In this document: positions 1 to 8,187 of the stretch, in pieces
Position numbering within the stretch: position 1 is the stretch's first letter
Layout of the letters: every line of letters begins with the position of its first letter
Virus record (IMG/VR): IMGVR_UViG_2690315929_000005
Span: 49,611-69,610 of that record
Source of the DNA: an uncultured virus (IMG/VR IMGVR_UViG_2690315929_000005)
Taxonomy: Duplodnaviria; Heunggongvirae; Uroviricota; Caudoviricetes
DNA length: 20,000 nt
Direction: 5' to 3' (one strand)
Notes under the pieces: generated by a model
The model's input: only the letters and a program-made list of their open reading frames with translations
Told to the model about the DNA's origin: nothing
Database searches by the model: none
Position numbers and translations under genes: made by a program

Positions 1-68
1 TAAATGCTGGTGGATTCGCTCACCCTGAAAACCACTCTAGCGATATTAAGGAATTATCTTTTGCTGAA

Positions 69-812
69 ATGCTGCCAGTAATTCAGGGAAATATTAACGG
101 GCAGATTATTAATGCAGTAAGTGCCAAAGCATTACACGAAGCATTAAGTGTAGGTCGTGATTTTTCTACTTGGATTATTGGCCGTGTTAATGAATACGCT
201 TTTGTGGAAGGAACGGATTATCAATCAGATGATGACTTTAATATTCGCTGCTTACTTAATGAACAATATTCCCCCGTTTTGGGGAATAATACAAAACGTG
301 GTCGCCCTGAAAAGGATTACTTATTAACGCTAGGCATGGCTAAAGAATTGGCAATGGTTGAACGTACCGAAAAAGGGCGCTTAATCCGGCAATACTTTAT
401 CAAGTGTGAGGAAGCTCTACACAAAGTCGCGCCAACAATCACTAAGCAGTTACGGCATCAACTTAAATCACGCCTCAAAGTGGCTAGTTACTTTAAGCCG
501 ATGTGTTCAGCGTTAGAGCTAGCACGTATGGAGCAAGGCAAAAGCACACTACCGCACCACTACACAACTGAGTCAAACATGCTTAACCGAATTGTGTTAG
601 GTGGACTCACTGCCAAAGCATGGGCGAAGCAGAACGGCATTATTGGCAATCCCCGTGATGCTATGAGCGAAACCCAATTAGAGCACCTTTCATACCTTGA
701 GCAGACGAATACAACGCTAATTGAATTAGGCATGGACTATCACGCACGCAAGGACAAGTTAATCAGTCTATCTCAAAAGTGGTTAGCGCAACGTGTAGAG
801 GTGGCGCAATGA
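69..812 (+). CDS. AntA/AntB-family phage antirepressor (probably 5'-truncated by the window edge)
   Basis: Motifs VSAKALHEALSVGRDFSTWI...EGTDY and GRPEKDYLLTLGMAKELAMVERTEKGRLIRQYFI are typical of AntA. The frame is open back to position 3 (NAGGFAHPENHSS...), so the true start may be upstream. Confidence 0.85.
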   Translation: MLPVIQGNINGQIINAVSAKALHEALSVGRDFSTWIIGRVNEYAFVEGTDYQSDDDFNIRCLLNEQYSPVLGNNTKRGRPEKDYLLTLGMAKELAMVERTEKGRLIRQYFIKCEEALHKVAPTITKQLRHQLKSRLKVASYFKPMCSALELARMEQGKSTLPHHYTTESNMLNRIVLGGLTAKAWAKQNGIIGNPRDAMSETQLEHLSYLEQTNTTLIELGMDYHARKDKLISLSQKWLAQRVEVAQ

Positions 813-1750
813 TTACCCTATGTTCAATAAAGGATATTGCCTACCAAGTGAATAATTCTCTACTGGCAGGTAATAACGTAAGTTCAACTTACACCACGAC
901 TAATACGGTAGCTTTAAACTATGGTATTACGGGCAGTCAATCAGCGAAAATTTACGCCAATCAATCAATCCTAACCACCGTTGGAGGATGGGATAACAGC
1001 GATAACCTAAAACGTGGAGAATTTACACCATTTATTAAAGGTGATTTTTCTCACCTTTCTAAAGTCGGGAAATCTCGCTATTTATCGAGTGAAATTGAGT
1101 TTTTACAGTCCATAAAAAAGGGCGGCCAATCGGCTACCCTTGGGAACGTCGATATTAAATACCGAGCAAGTGAGAACTATAAGAATAGTATTCATCTTGT
1201 TATCGGTAAAGATGACAACCTTGAGTTAATACAAAAATGTGCAATACATCACTTGCACTTATGGGTAATTGTTGGCTATAGTGATCAGGCACTAGCAAAA
1301 TCTAGTGTCAGGATTGGCGTTCTGAATTTGTACAAGGCGACACATGACGCGCCTAGCGTCTTTTTTTGTGTCAATGCCTACGCACACCTATTAAATGCGG
1401 TATTATATCGCACCGAATCTATGGTGGCGGCAGCAGAGCAACCGAAAGGTTGGCTGGTTTCCTTGTACGCCAGTAACGCCAACTCTACTGTCGTCACCAC
1501 CCCCGAAATTGGCGTTTCTGGTGGTGACTCCTTAGTATTGTACAAGGAGATCATCGTTATGATGGCAACCCCTACCCAAACTCAATTCAAATTTTTGTTT
1601 CTGAGTATTAAACGTTCAGATACAACTGCTAAGCCTTGCCGTATCACTATTACCGCACCGAATGAACACGATGCAAGACTGATGCTTGTACGTGATTATA
1701 TCCTGTCATTCGCTGGTCGCTTACCTGTTAAGGAGGTGGCTCATGCGTAA
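809..1750 (+). CDS. Ash-family / Icd-like long ORF spanning the immunity RNA region
   Basis: ATG at 809 overlaps the antA stop (ATGA) and follows GAGGTGG. The segment GYSDQALAKSSVRIGVLN...SMVAAAEQPKGWLVS...NANSTVVTTPEIGVSGGD is Ash-like and the C-terminus is Icd-like. The N-terminal third is low-information and palindrome-rich, so full-length translation is uncertain. Confidence 0.6.
   Translation: MITLCSIKDIAYQVNNSLLAGNNVSSTYTTTNTVALNYGITGSQSAKIYANQSILTTVGGWDNSDNLKRGEFTPFIKGDFSHLSKVGKSRYLSSEIEFLQSIKKGGQSATLGNVDIKYRASENYKNSIHLVIGKDDNLELIQKCAIHHLHLWVIVGYSDQALAKSSVRIGVLNLYKATHDAPSVFFCVNAYAHLLNAVLYRTESMVAAAEQPKGWLVSLYASNANSTVVTTPEIGVSGGDSLVLYKEIIVMMATPTQTQFKFLFLSIKRSDTTAKPCRITITAPNEHDARLMLVRDYILSFAGRLPVKEVAHA
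1114..1141 (-). terminator. Possible intrinsic terminator on the minus strand
   Basis: Minus strand reads AAGGGTAGCC-GATT-GGCCGCCC-TTTTTT: a GC stem with one mismatch followed by a U tract. Confidence 0.45.
1253..1282 (+). promoter_or_regulatory. Sigma70 promoter for the C4/icd transcript
   Basis: TTGCAC (1253-1258), 18-bp spacer, TATAGT (1277-1282), directly before the first hairpin of the a1b1 leader. Confidence 0.65.
1289..1372 (+). promoter_or_regulatory. c4 a1b1-type target leader with attenuator-like hairpin
   Basis: Hairpin GCACTAG-CAAAAT-CTAGTGT; a1 TTGGCGTT (1314-1321) in a stem-loop; b1 TTGTACAAGG (1328-1337); then hairpin GACGC-GCCTA-GCGTC followed by T7. Confidence 0.75.
1421..1500 (+). 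ncRNA. C4-like antisense RNA (P1/P7 C4, P4 CI type)
   Basis: Closing stem TGGTGGCGGCAGCAGAG / CTCTACTGTCGTCACCA and hairpin CAACC-GAAA-GGTTG. Loop TCCTTGTAC (1460-1468) and AACGCCAA (1475-1482) are complementary to the b and a target boxes found both upstream and downstream. Confidence 0.85.
1559..1750 (+). CDS. icd: Host cell division inhibitor Icd-like protein (63 aa, internal start)
   Basis: AAGGAG RBS (part of target b2) before ATG 1559. Sequence MMATPTQTQFKFLFLSIKRSD...ITAPNEHDARLMLVRDYILSFAGRLPV matches the Icd-like pattern. Confidence 0.75.
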   Translation: MMATPTQTQFKFLFLSIKRSDTTAKPCRITITAPNEHDARLMLVRDYILSFAGRLPVKEVAHA

Positions 1751-1916
1751 TCCTCAACCTAACGATTTCTACACGCATAAAAATAATAGCGAAACCGCCA
1801 AAGTTCTATCGGTTCAATTCAACCGTGTGACCTTTCAGCGAGACGGCTTTGATAGTCCTGTCATTGTTCCATTAAGCCAGTTCAGCAACGAATACACCTA
1901 TGCAGGGAGGGCTTAA
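1743..1916 (+). CDS. Small phage/satellite protein, DUF4222-like (57 aa)
   Basis: AAGGAGG RBS then ATG 1743. PQPNDFY...NRVTFQRDGFDSPVIVPLSQF resembles the DUF4222 pattern. Confidence 0.6.
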   Translation: MRNPQPNDFYTHKNNSETAKVLSVQFNRVTFQRDGFDSPVIVPLSQFSNEYTYAGRA

Positions 1917-1918
1917 TT

Positions 1919-2176
1919 ATGGGGCGTTATCCAGAAAACTATAAGCGTATTCAAGCCGAAATTTCGAACATGTTAGGCAATGACCTCCTTTTATCTTCAG
2001 AAGAACGTAGCCGTGACCGATTACTTAGGGTTCGAAAAGGTATGGCTCATATTCTTAGTGAAGTATTTCCTCTAATTGATGATCCCAAAAAACAAGAACT
2101 CTATTACTGGTTGGAAGCCATTAGCCGTATCAGTGGCGCAGAAGCCGTAGACGCTAAATCGAAGGGGGAAGCATGA
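1919..2176 (+). CDS. Hypothetical protein (85 aa)
   Basis: GGGAGG RBS; tightly packed in the operon. Confidence 0.65.
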   Translation: MGRYPENYKRIQAEISNMLGNDLLLSSEERSRDRLLRVRKGMAHILSEVFPLIDDPKKQELYYWLEAISRISGAEAVDAKSKGEA

Positions 2177-2352
2177 GCAAACCTATTCCATTGGACATAG
2201 CTGCATACAAGGCGCAGCAAAATAATTCATTACTTGCCGTTATCTTAGAGTTAGCAAGTAAAGATTGTTCGCGGGAGTTAATCGACCTCGTTTCTATTGC
2301 GTATGACTTTAATGCGGAAATATGTGAATCCCTCGAGGAGGCGACCAAATGA
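2173..2352 (+). CDS. Hypothetical protein (59 aa, not in ORF track)
   Basis: Manual translation MSKPIPLDIAAYKAQQNNSLLAVILELASKDCSRELIDLVSIAYDFNAEICESLEEATK. ATGA overlaps at both ends; GGGGG RBS. Confidence 0.7.
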   Translation: MSKPIPLDIAAYKAQQNNSLLAVILELASKDCSRELIDLVSIAYDFNAEICESLEEATK

Positions 2353-2558
2353 AAACAATCAAATTAAATGTTGGTCACTTATCTACCTTGGAAGAAGTCG
2401 AACACATCAACGAAGAACTTCAAGCGTTGTTAATCCCGCTGTTAACAGCTGTAGAGAATGAAGCTGAGACGGATACGCATTTTATGCTGAGAGCAGTCAA
2501 CCGCTTAGTGTGTGCTCAAGGAAAAGAAATCACAAAGTTGGTGGAGGTGATGAAATGA
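2349..2558 (+). CDS. Hypothetical protein (69 aa)
   Basis: GAGGAGG RBS; ATGA coupling on both sides. Confidence 0.7.
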   Translation: MKTIKLNVGHLSTLEEVEHINEELQALLIPLLTAVENEAETDTHFMLRAVNRLVCAQGKEITKLVEVMK

Positions 2559-3166
2559 GACAAGTCACTATCAATGCCACCAGCTTAAGTCCATTCATGT
2601 ATCAAGGTAAGCGAGTTGTCACCTTTGCCATGATTGACGAGGTACACCAACGCCCAACAGGTGCGGCTAGAAAATCATTCAATGCTCACCGTCAATATTT
2701 TACTGAGGGTAAGGATTTTTACCGCCTAACTGGACAGGATTTAGAACTGTTTAAACTTTGCGCGTCCATAAAACGGACGCACAAATATTCACCCATTAGT
2801 GATAAAGCCCGAGAAGTAACACTGATTACTGAATCGGGATACTTGCTAACCGTGAAGCCATTTAATGATCCACTTTCTTGGCAGGTACAAAACCAGCTTA
2901 TCGATGCATATTTTCGACTGTCTGAATTCCCTGAATTACAGCACATCAACATACCCACACTGGCAGAACTTGAAGCCATGCCAATTGGTGAGGCTCAGAA
3001 CTTGATTAGCCGCTTAGAGGCTGATTCTTATCAAGGGCACGGTAGGCGTGGCAGCTATGCCATGAACCTACGTCGCAAAGAGAAGAAAGCACTTAAACCA
3101 ATGGTAATCGCCATTGAGCAAGCCTCGCAGCTACACATTCAGGATATGGGAGATTATCGCTCATGA
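2555..3166 (+). CDS. ORF6N-domain DNA-binding / antirepressor-like protein (203 aa)
   Basis: YQGKRVVTFAMIDEVHQRPTGAARKSFN...FTEGKDFY...LITESGYLLTVKPFNDPLSWQVQ is the ORF6N pattern. Start placed at ATG 2555 (GGAGGTG RBS, ATGA overlap). Confidence 0.8.
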   Translation: MRQVTINATSLSPFMYQGKRVVTFAMIDEVHQRPTGAARKSFNAHRQYFTEGKDFYRLTGQDLELFKLCASIKRTHKYSPISDKAREVTLITESGYLLTVKPFNDPLSWQVQNQLIDAYFRLSEFPELQHINIPTLAELEAMPIGEAQNLISRLEADSYQGHGRRGSYAMNLRRKEKKALKPMVIAIEQASQLHIQDMGDYRS

Positions 3167-3336
3167 GAACGTTTCTAATTGCAGGTTATGGCACAACACT
3201 AAAAGGCCTAACACTAGGCATTAACAAGCAAGTGATATCTGCCAGCCTAAAAGATGCTCAGTCACAAGTGGTGCGAGAGGCGCAACGTGACGGTTTAATT
3301 GATATCCGAATCAACTATGCGCGTGAGGTGAAGTAA
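3163..3336 (+). CDS. Hypothetical protein (57 aa, not in ORF track)
   Basis: MRTFLIAGYGTTLKGLTLGINKQVISASLKDAQSQVVREAQRDGLIDIRINYAREVK. GGGAG RBS, with ATGA and TAATG overlaps that fill the gap exactly. Confidence 0.7.
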   Translation: MRTFLIAGYGTTLKGLTLGINKQVISASLKDAQSQVVREAQRDGLIDIRINYAREVK

Positions 3337-3530
3337 TGACGCAAGAACAGAAACGTGAAATAGAGCAATTACTAGAACCGCACCAGTTAAAAGTATTAAT
3401 GCTAATCACCTTACTTTCTACGTGGTTGGAAGCAGAGGAATGCGATGAAACCAGAAACATGATCTGGGCTGTATTGACTGTTGTTTATTCAATTAGGGAT
3501 GAAATGAACGAAGCAGTAGAGGGTAAGTAA
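3336..3530 (+). CDS. Hypothetical protein (64 aa)
   Basis: GAGGTG RBS; TAATG coupling at both ends. Confidence 0.65.
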   Translation: MTQEQKREIEQLLEPHQLKVLMLITLLSTWLEAEECDETRNMIWAVLTVVYSIRDEMNEAVEGK

Positions 3531-4126
3531 TGAATATTTCTAATATTAACGCATTCGAACACAGTGAACAGGGTGTGATCCTCATTACTGAAGCAGCCAA
3601 CCAAGAGGCTATCAGCTATACCGAAGCATTAGAGGTATTAAACGATGGTAGCTTTGATGGTGATCTGATTTTTGGCTTTGAATTGGTTTTAGCTATCTGC
3701 AAGGGAGAGTGTGACGGCTTTTTTAATCCAACTAATCAGCAGCGTGTGATCTTGTGGCGTTGGATTGTAGCCGCTTCGTTTGTCGCAGAGCAAGCAGACA
3801 ATAACGGGACGCATCAAGTTGACAACGGCAGAGGTAAAACCATTACCGCCGCTATTTATCGCAACAAACATGCAACGTTAACCGTCTATGCCGCAAGCGA
3901 ACGTATGTTACTAGCTAATCACATTGAGGGCGCTGCTTATGAGCACTATGGGGCAGAGAATGGCGCAATTATGGCAGTAAAGATATATAGGGATTTTATC
4001 AATCTTGAGCCTAAACGCGGTTGCCGACTATCAGAACGAGGGCGTGAGGGGTTATCTGTTCTTCATGATGATCTAATTAGGGCGATAGAAGATGGTGAAT
4101 TTAGCGACACCGTAACCATTCATTAA
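3530..4126 (+). CDS. Hypothetical protein (198 aa)
   Basis: Long coupled ORF with GAGGG RBS; no family recognised. Confidence 0.75.
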   Translation: MNISNINAFEHSEQGVILITEAANQEAISYTEALEVLNDGSFDGDLIFGFELVLAICKGECDGFFNPTNQQRVILWRWIVAASFVAEQADNNGTHQVDNGRGKTITAAIYRNKHATLTVYAASERMLLANHIEGAAYEHYGAENGAIMAVKIYRDFINLEPKRGCRLSERGREGLSVLHDDLIRAIEDGEFSDTVTIH

Positions 4127-4140
4127 AAGGACGCAATGAC

Positions 4141-4485
4141 ATGATAACGAAGAATTTTAAAGTTAATTCACTAGCGAATAGCTACGCAGCTGCTATTTAC
4201 CACGATATTACCACACGTAATGGCGGTGATTGGTTTTCGATGAAGGTAGGCAACAAAACGATTGAAGTTGCCATTATTGACGGTGTGAAAGGTATTCGAA
4301 TGCTCGTTGATAGCTATTTGCTGAAAGCCTTAAAAGGGCAATATCCCACATGGGAGGCAGTTGCTATTGGCTTGATAGAGCAATGTGTCATTAATGGATA
4401 TGTCACAGGTTATGGTCGAGAGGTGTGGCAAAGCATGATTAATGATATGGGCGACTCTTTCGCTGATAAGGGGGCGTTTCAATGA
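4141..4485 (+). CDS. Hypothetical protein upstream of primase (114 aa)
   Basis: AAGGA RBS; stop overlaps the primase ATG (ATGA). Confidence 0.75.
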   Translation: MITKNFKVNSLANSYAAAIYHDITTRNGGDWFSMKVGNKTIEVAIIDGVKGIRMLVDSYLLKALKGQYPTWEAVAIGLIEQCVINGYVTGYGREVWQSMINDMGDSFADKGAFQ

Positions 4486-7202
4486 AGCCGATTGATGTTA
4501 TCCGTGAGGTGAAGCTGAAAGCTAACGGACAATGGCAAGCTATATTATCTCACCTTGGGGCAGAAGTGCCCCTAAACACGCACACGGCTTGCCCTCATTG
4601 TGGTGGTAAAGACCGGTTTAGATTTGATAACAAGGACGGTAATGGCACGTTTATTTGTAATCAGTGCGGTTCTGGTGATGGATTAGATCTCGTTCAGCGT
4701 GTGTTAGGTGTCAGTGTAACCGAAGCTGCAAAAGAAGTTGCTAACATAATTGGTATTGATACCCGTTCAGCGTGTCCACCAGCCTACCGTCGTTCTGAGA
4801 TAAAAGCACAACAAGACGAACTGAAAGCGCAGCAAGCCGAAAAACAAGCTAACGAGAAGAGAGAGAAGCATAAACGCTTTATTGAACGGTATAACCGCAC
4901 TATTGCCAATGTTCAACGTGGGAGATCTGACTATCTCAAGGCTAAGGGGCTGCATGGTTTTGAAATGGATTTATTACAGGACGGTTCTCTTATCATTCCA
5001 TTATTGGACGCTGGTGGCGTTATTACTGGCGCACAAACTATTAAGCCTAATGGTGATAAGCGTTTGCTGTCAGATAGCGCAAAGTCAGGCAGTTATTACC
5101 CCATCAATGAGCCTGTAAACGTCTCTACGGTGATTATCGCTGAAGGATTAGCAACCGCCCTAACGTGTCACTTAATCCAACCAGAAGCGCACACAGTTGC
5201 GGCAATTGATGCGGGAAACCTCATTCATGTAGCTAAGGTAATGCGAGTTAAGTATCCAGAGAGCAAGATTATTATTGCTGGGGATAACGATATTAAGCCA
5301 GGCCAAGACAATACAGGGAAATTAGCGGCAGAAAAGGCAGCTAAGGTGGTTAATGGTGTCGCTGTTTTACCCCCTACTGATGATAAAGCCGATTGGGATG
5401 ACTACCGCCTATCACACGGTATTGAGGCGGCAAGACAGGCATTTAATGAAATATTAGAGCAGCAAGGAGGCAAGGTGATGATAGAAACTAGGGTAAGCAA
5501 TGAAGTCGTTAAACCTGACCCAATGAAGCCACGCATTGAATCACGTAAAGAGGGGGTATTTCTTGTTACACCGAAAGCCGACAAGGAAACAGGGGAAATC
5601 ATCAATCATGAGCAGTGGTTATCAAATGCTATCAAGCGGATCACTAAAGGTGTTAATGACCTCAATCAAGAGTATTTGATTATTGAGTGGGGGAATAACA
5701 ATGTTCAGGCAATACCGACAGGCGATATAGGAGAGCGTGAAGGATGGCGCACATTAAAAAACGCGGGGTTATTTGTCACTACCAAATCAGGATTAAGACA
5801 GTCGTTTTCTGATTGGCTGTTACGTCAACCATTCAAAGAGGACTGGAGTATTACGAATAAATCAGGTTGGCACAAAGGCGCATATATCATGCCCGATGGT
5901 TCAATTATCGGCACACCTGAACAACCGATATTTTTTAACGGACAAAGCGCAGCAGCAACTGCCTACAAAGCAAGTGGAACGGTGGAAAGCTGGCGAAATG
6001 ATGTAGCGCGATTGGCTAACGGTAATAGTTTTATGATGTTTACGATTGGCGCCGCATTATCTGCACCGATGACGAGTCTTACGGGGGCTGACAGCTTTGG
6101 TATTCACATTTACGCTCAATCGACAGCAGGGAAAAGTACCACGGCAGATATGGCCGTGAGTTTATACGGTGATCCTGATTTACAGCGCTTAACATGGTAT
6201 GGCACTGAATACGGTATGACTAACGAAGCTGTAGCGCACAATGACGGACTTTTGTATTTGGATGAAGTCGGACAAGGGGCAGACCCTAAACACGTCTACA
6301 AATCGGCTTACACGCTGTTTAATGGTAAAGGTAAGATCCAAGGTGCGAAGGAGGGCGGCAATAGGCAAGTTCAAAGCTGGCGGACAGTGGCCATTAGTAC
6401 AGGAGAAAAGGATATTGAGACCTTTTTATTAAGTTCGGGTGTGAAAGTCAATGCAGGGCAGCTAGTACGATTACTCAACATCCCTATTGAACGCGCCACT
6501 GAACTACATGAATGTGAAACAGGGAAAGCCCACGCAGATTTAATTAAGATAAATTGCCGTTCTAGCTATGGGGCCGCAGGACGTTATTGGATTGAATATC
6601 TATCAAATCATAAAGATGAAGCTAAAGAAGCCTATAGAACTGCACAACAACGCTGGAGTAAATTAATTCCGAGCAGTTACGGAGAACAAGTTCATCGAGC
6701 CAGTGATCGATTCGCTACTATAGAAGCGGCTTTGATAATGGGCCGTGTGATTACTGGCTGGAATGAACAAGATTGTAAGGATGCTGTTCAAGCCGCGTTT
6801 AACGCTTGGATTGCTGAGTTCGGCACAGGTAATAAAGAGATTGAACAGATTAAAGATCAGACGATCGCTTTTTTAAGTACGTATGGAATGAGTCGATTTG
6901 CTCCATTGCCTTATGATGAGCAATCTTTACCTATCAGAGAACTTGCAGGGTACAGAGTTAAATCAAACACGCAGGATGAAGCGCCCATATTATTTTATAC
7001 ATTGCCAACAGTATTTAAGAACGAGATAGCCAAAACGTTCAATACGGACACTTTCGCTGATGCCCTGCATAAACTAGGTATTTTAAAAAAGCCTTCCAAT
7101 GGGAAAGGATATCAAGGCAGAACACCGCGTTTGAAACATTTAGGCAACATTCAGCAACGCGCCTATATTTTGATGCTTGTTCCTGATGAAGAGGAGGAGT
7201 GA
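4482..7202 (+). CDS. Primase-helicase replication protein (P4-alpha-type Zn ribbon, TOPRIM, DUF927/NTPase)
   Basis: Zn ribbon CPHCGGKDRFRFD...CNQCGSGDGLDLV; TOPRIM IAEGLATA...IAGDND...DWDD; DUF927 region GWHKGAYIMPDG; Walker A-like AQSTAGKST and Walker B-like YLDEVG. Confidence 0.92.
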   Translation: MKPIDVIREVKLKANGQWQAILSHLGAEVPLNTHTACPHCGGKDRFRFDNKDGNGTFICNQCGSGDGLDLVQRVLGVSVTEAAKEVANIIGIDTRSACPPAYRRSEIKAQQDELKAQQAEKQANEKREKHKRFIERYNRTIANVQRGRSDYLKAKGLHGFEMDLLQDGSLIIPLLDAGGVITGAQTIKPNGDKRLLSDSAKSGSYYPINEPVNVSTVIIAEGLATALTCHLIQPEAHTVAAIDAGNLIHVAKVMRVKYPESKIIIAGDNDIKPGQDNTGKLAAEKAAKVVNGVAVLPPTDDKADWDDYRLSHGIEAARQAFNEILEQQGGKVMIETRVSNEVVKPDPMKPRIESRKEGVFLVTPKADKETGEIINHEQWLSNAIKRITKGVNDLNQEYLIIEWGNNNVQAIPTGDIGEREGWRTLKNAGLFVTTKSGLRQSFSDWLLRQPFKEDWSITNKSGWHKGAYIMPDGSIIGTPEQPIFFNGQSAAATAYKASGTVESWRNDVARLANGNSFMMFTIGAALSAPMTSLTGADSFGIHIYAQSTAGKSTTADMAVSLYGDPDLQRLTWYGTEYGMTNEAVAHNDGLLYLDEVGQGADPKHVYKSAYTLFNGKGKIQGAKEGGNRQVQSWRTVAISTGEKDIETFLLSSGVKVNAGQLVRLLNIPIERATELHECETGKAHADLIKINCRSSYGAAGRYWIEYLSNHKDEAKEAYRTAQQRWSKLIPSSYGEQVHRASDRFATIEAALIMGRVITGWNEQDCKDAVQAAFNAWIAEFGTGNKEIEQIKDQTIAFLSTYGMSRFAPLPYDEQSLPIRELAGYRVKSNTQDEAPILFYTLPTVFKNEIAKTFNTDTFADALHKLGILKKPSNGKGYQGRTPRLKHLGNIQQRAYILMLVPDEEEE

Positions 7203-7235
7203 TTTCTTTCACGTCAGGAAAAAACGCTAATTATG

Positions 7236-7612
7236 GTTGTCTCAGTTGTCTCAATAAGAGAATAGAAAAGATAACTTATTAATATTTATAGTTATTATGA
7301 TTATTTTCTGAGACAACCCTGAGACAACATAAGCCCGTTTTGAGACAACCTAAGGCGTTTTTGAGACAACGCTGAAAAGTTTAGGTTAGCCCTTGGTTGG
7401 TTAAAAAAGTGGGTGAGACAACCGAATCAAAGGCTGAGACAACACGGTAATGAGAAAATAACCCTTAAAAATCAATTTATTGTAAAAATAAGGCGTGGGT
7501 AATCATGAGATTGAGACAACTCAAAATCATCAAGTTGTCTCAGAAAAAAATATTTAATATAGCTTAATCAATAGGTTGTAAGTATTGAGACAACTGAGAC
7601 AACTGAGACAAC
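7236..7612. repeat. Iteron cluster / putative replication origin: 13 copies of TGAGACAAC
   Basis: Forward copies start at 7309, 7320, 7341, 7362, 7414, 7435, 7512, 7586, 7595 and 7604; reverse copies at 7236, 7245 and 7534. AT-rich spacer at 7254-7308; immediately downstream of the primase. Confidence 0.88.
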
Positions 7613-7658
7613 CCCTGATCGCGTATCTAATAAAAAGTTTTTTGAGGAAAAAGAAATA

Positions 7659-8113
7659 ATGGTCAGAGTGACTTTCTTATTAAGAAAAGATAACAATAAT
7701 GTAACCCCCCCCCACCAGCAACGAACACACCAAAAAGCGCACGGACTAAAAGGTCACAGGAAGCCTCAAAGCAATCGAAGAAGAAAAATAAGGCAGATGC
7801 TCACGCTAAAAAGAAACAATACCGTATCGACCGTATAGCGAAGCACTGGACGATATTTAATGAACCAGAGGCTAAACCACTGATGATAGGCATCAAGGAA
7901 GTCATGATTGCTGAGGTTAAAGATAAAGGGTTGGATATTCCAGAGAGCCATATTAAACAGGGATTACGATCATACATTAGTCGTAAAACCTATCTAAAAG
8001 CTCTTACTCTGGGCGGTAATCGTTTTGATATGAACGGGCGTCCTAAAGGAGAAATCACACCTCAACAACAAGCATTAGCAAAACAAATGCTGGTGGAATG
8101 GGCTAAAAAATAG
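7659..8113 (+). pseudogene. ProQ/FinO-family RNA chaperone, frameshifted at a C9 tract
   Basis: ATG 7659 (GAGGA RBS) reads MVRVTFLLRKDNNNVTPP and then stops at 7838. The ProQ domain (HWTIFNEPEAKPLMIGIKE...LRSYISRKTYLKALTLGGNRFDMNGRPKGEIT) lies in another frame that is open from 7700. One extra C in 7705-7713 gives a 151-aa protein. Confidence 0.8.
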
Positions 8114-8187
8114 CAATGTAACAACCGCCAAAGCATAAACTGAGGTGATTATGTATAATTTGCCTTATCAACTAAAAGGATCACTAA

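Noticed and set aside
1103..1195. Minus-strand 30-aa ORF MNTILIVLTCSVFN... as an Ibs-like type I toxin
   Set aside because: The hydrophobic stretch is short, there is no clear RBS, and the ORF runs through the putative terminator.
2154..2348. Minus-strand 64-aa ORF from the track
   Set aside because: It is the shadow of the coupled plus-strand gene at 2173-2352.
4767..6432. Short alternative-frame and antisense ORFs within the primase
   Set aside because: They are fully nested in a conserved gene and show no motifs.
7236..7612. CRISPR array
   Set aside because: The repeat is only 9 bp, occurs in both orientations with irregular spacing, and no cas genes are present; it fits iterons.
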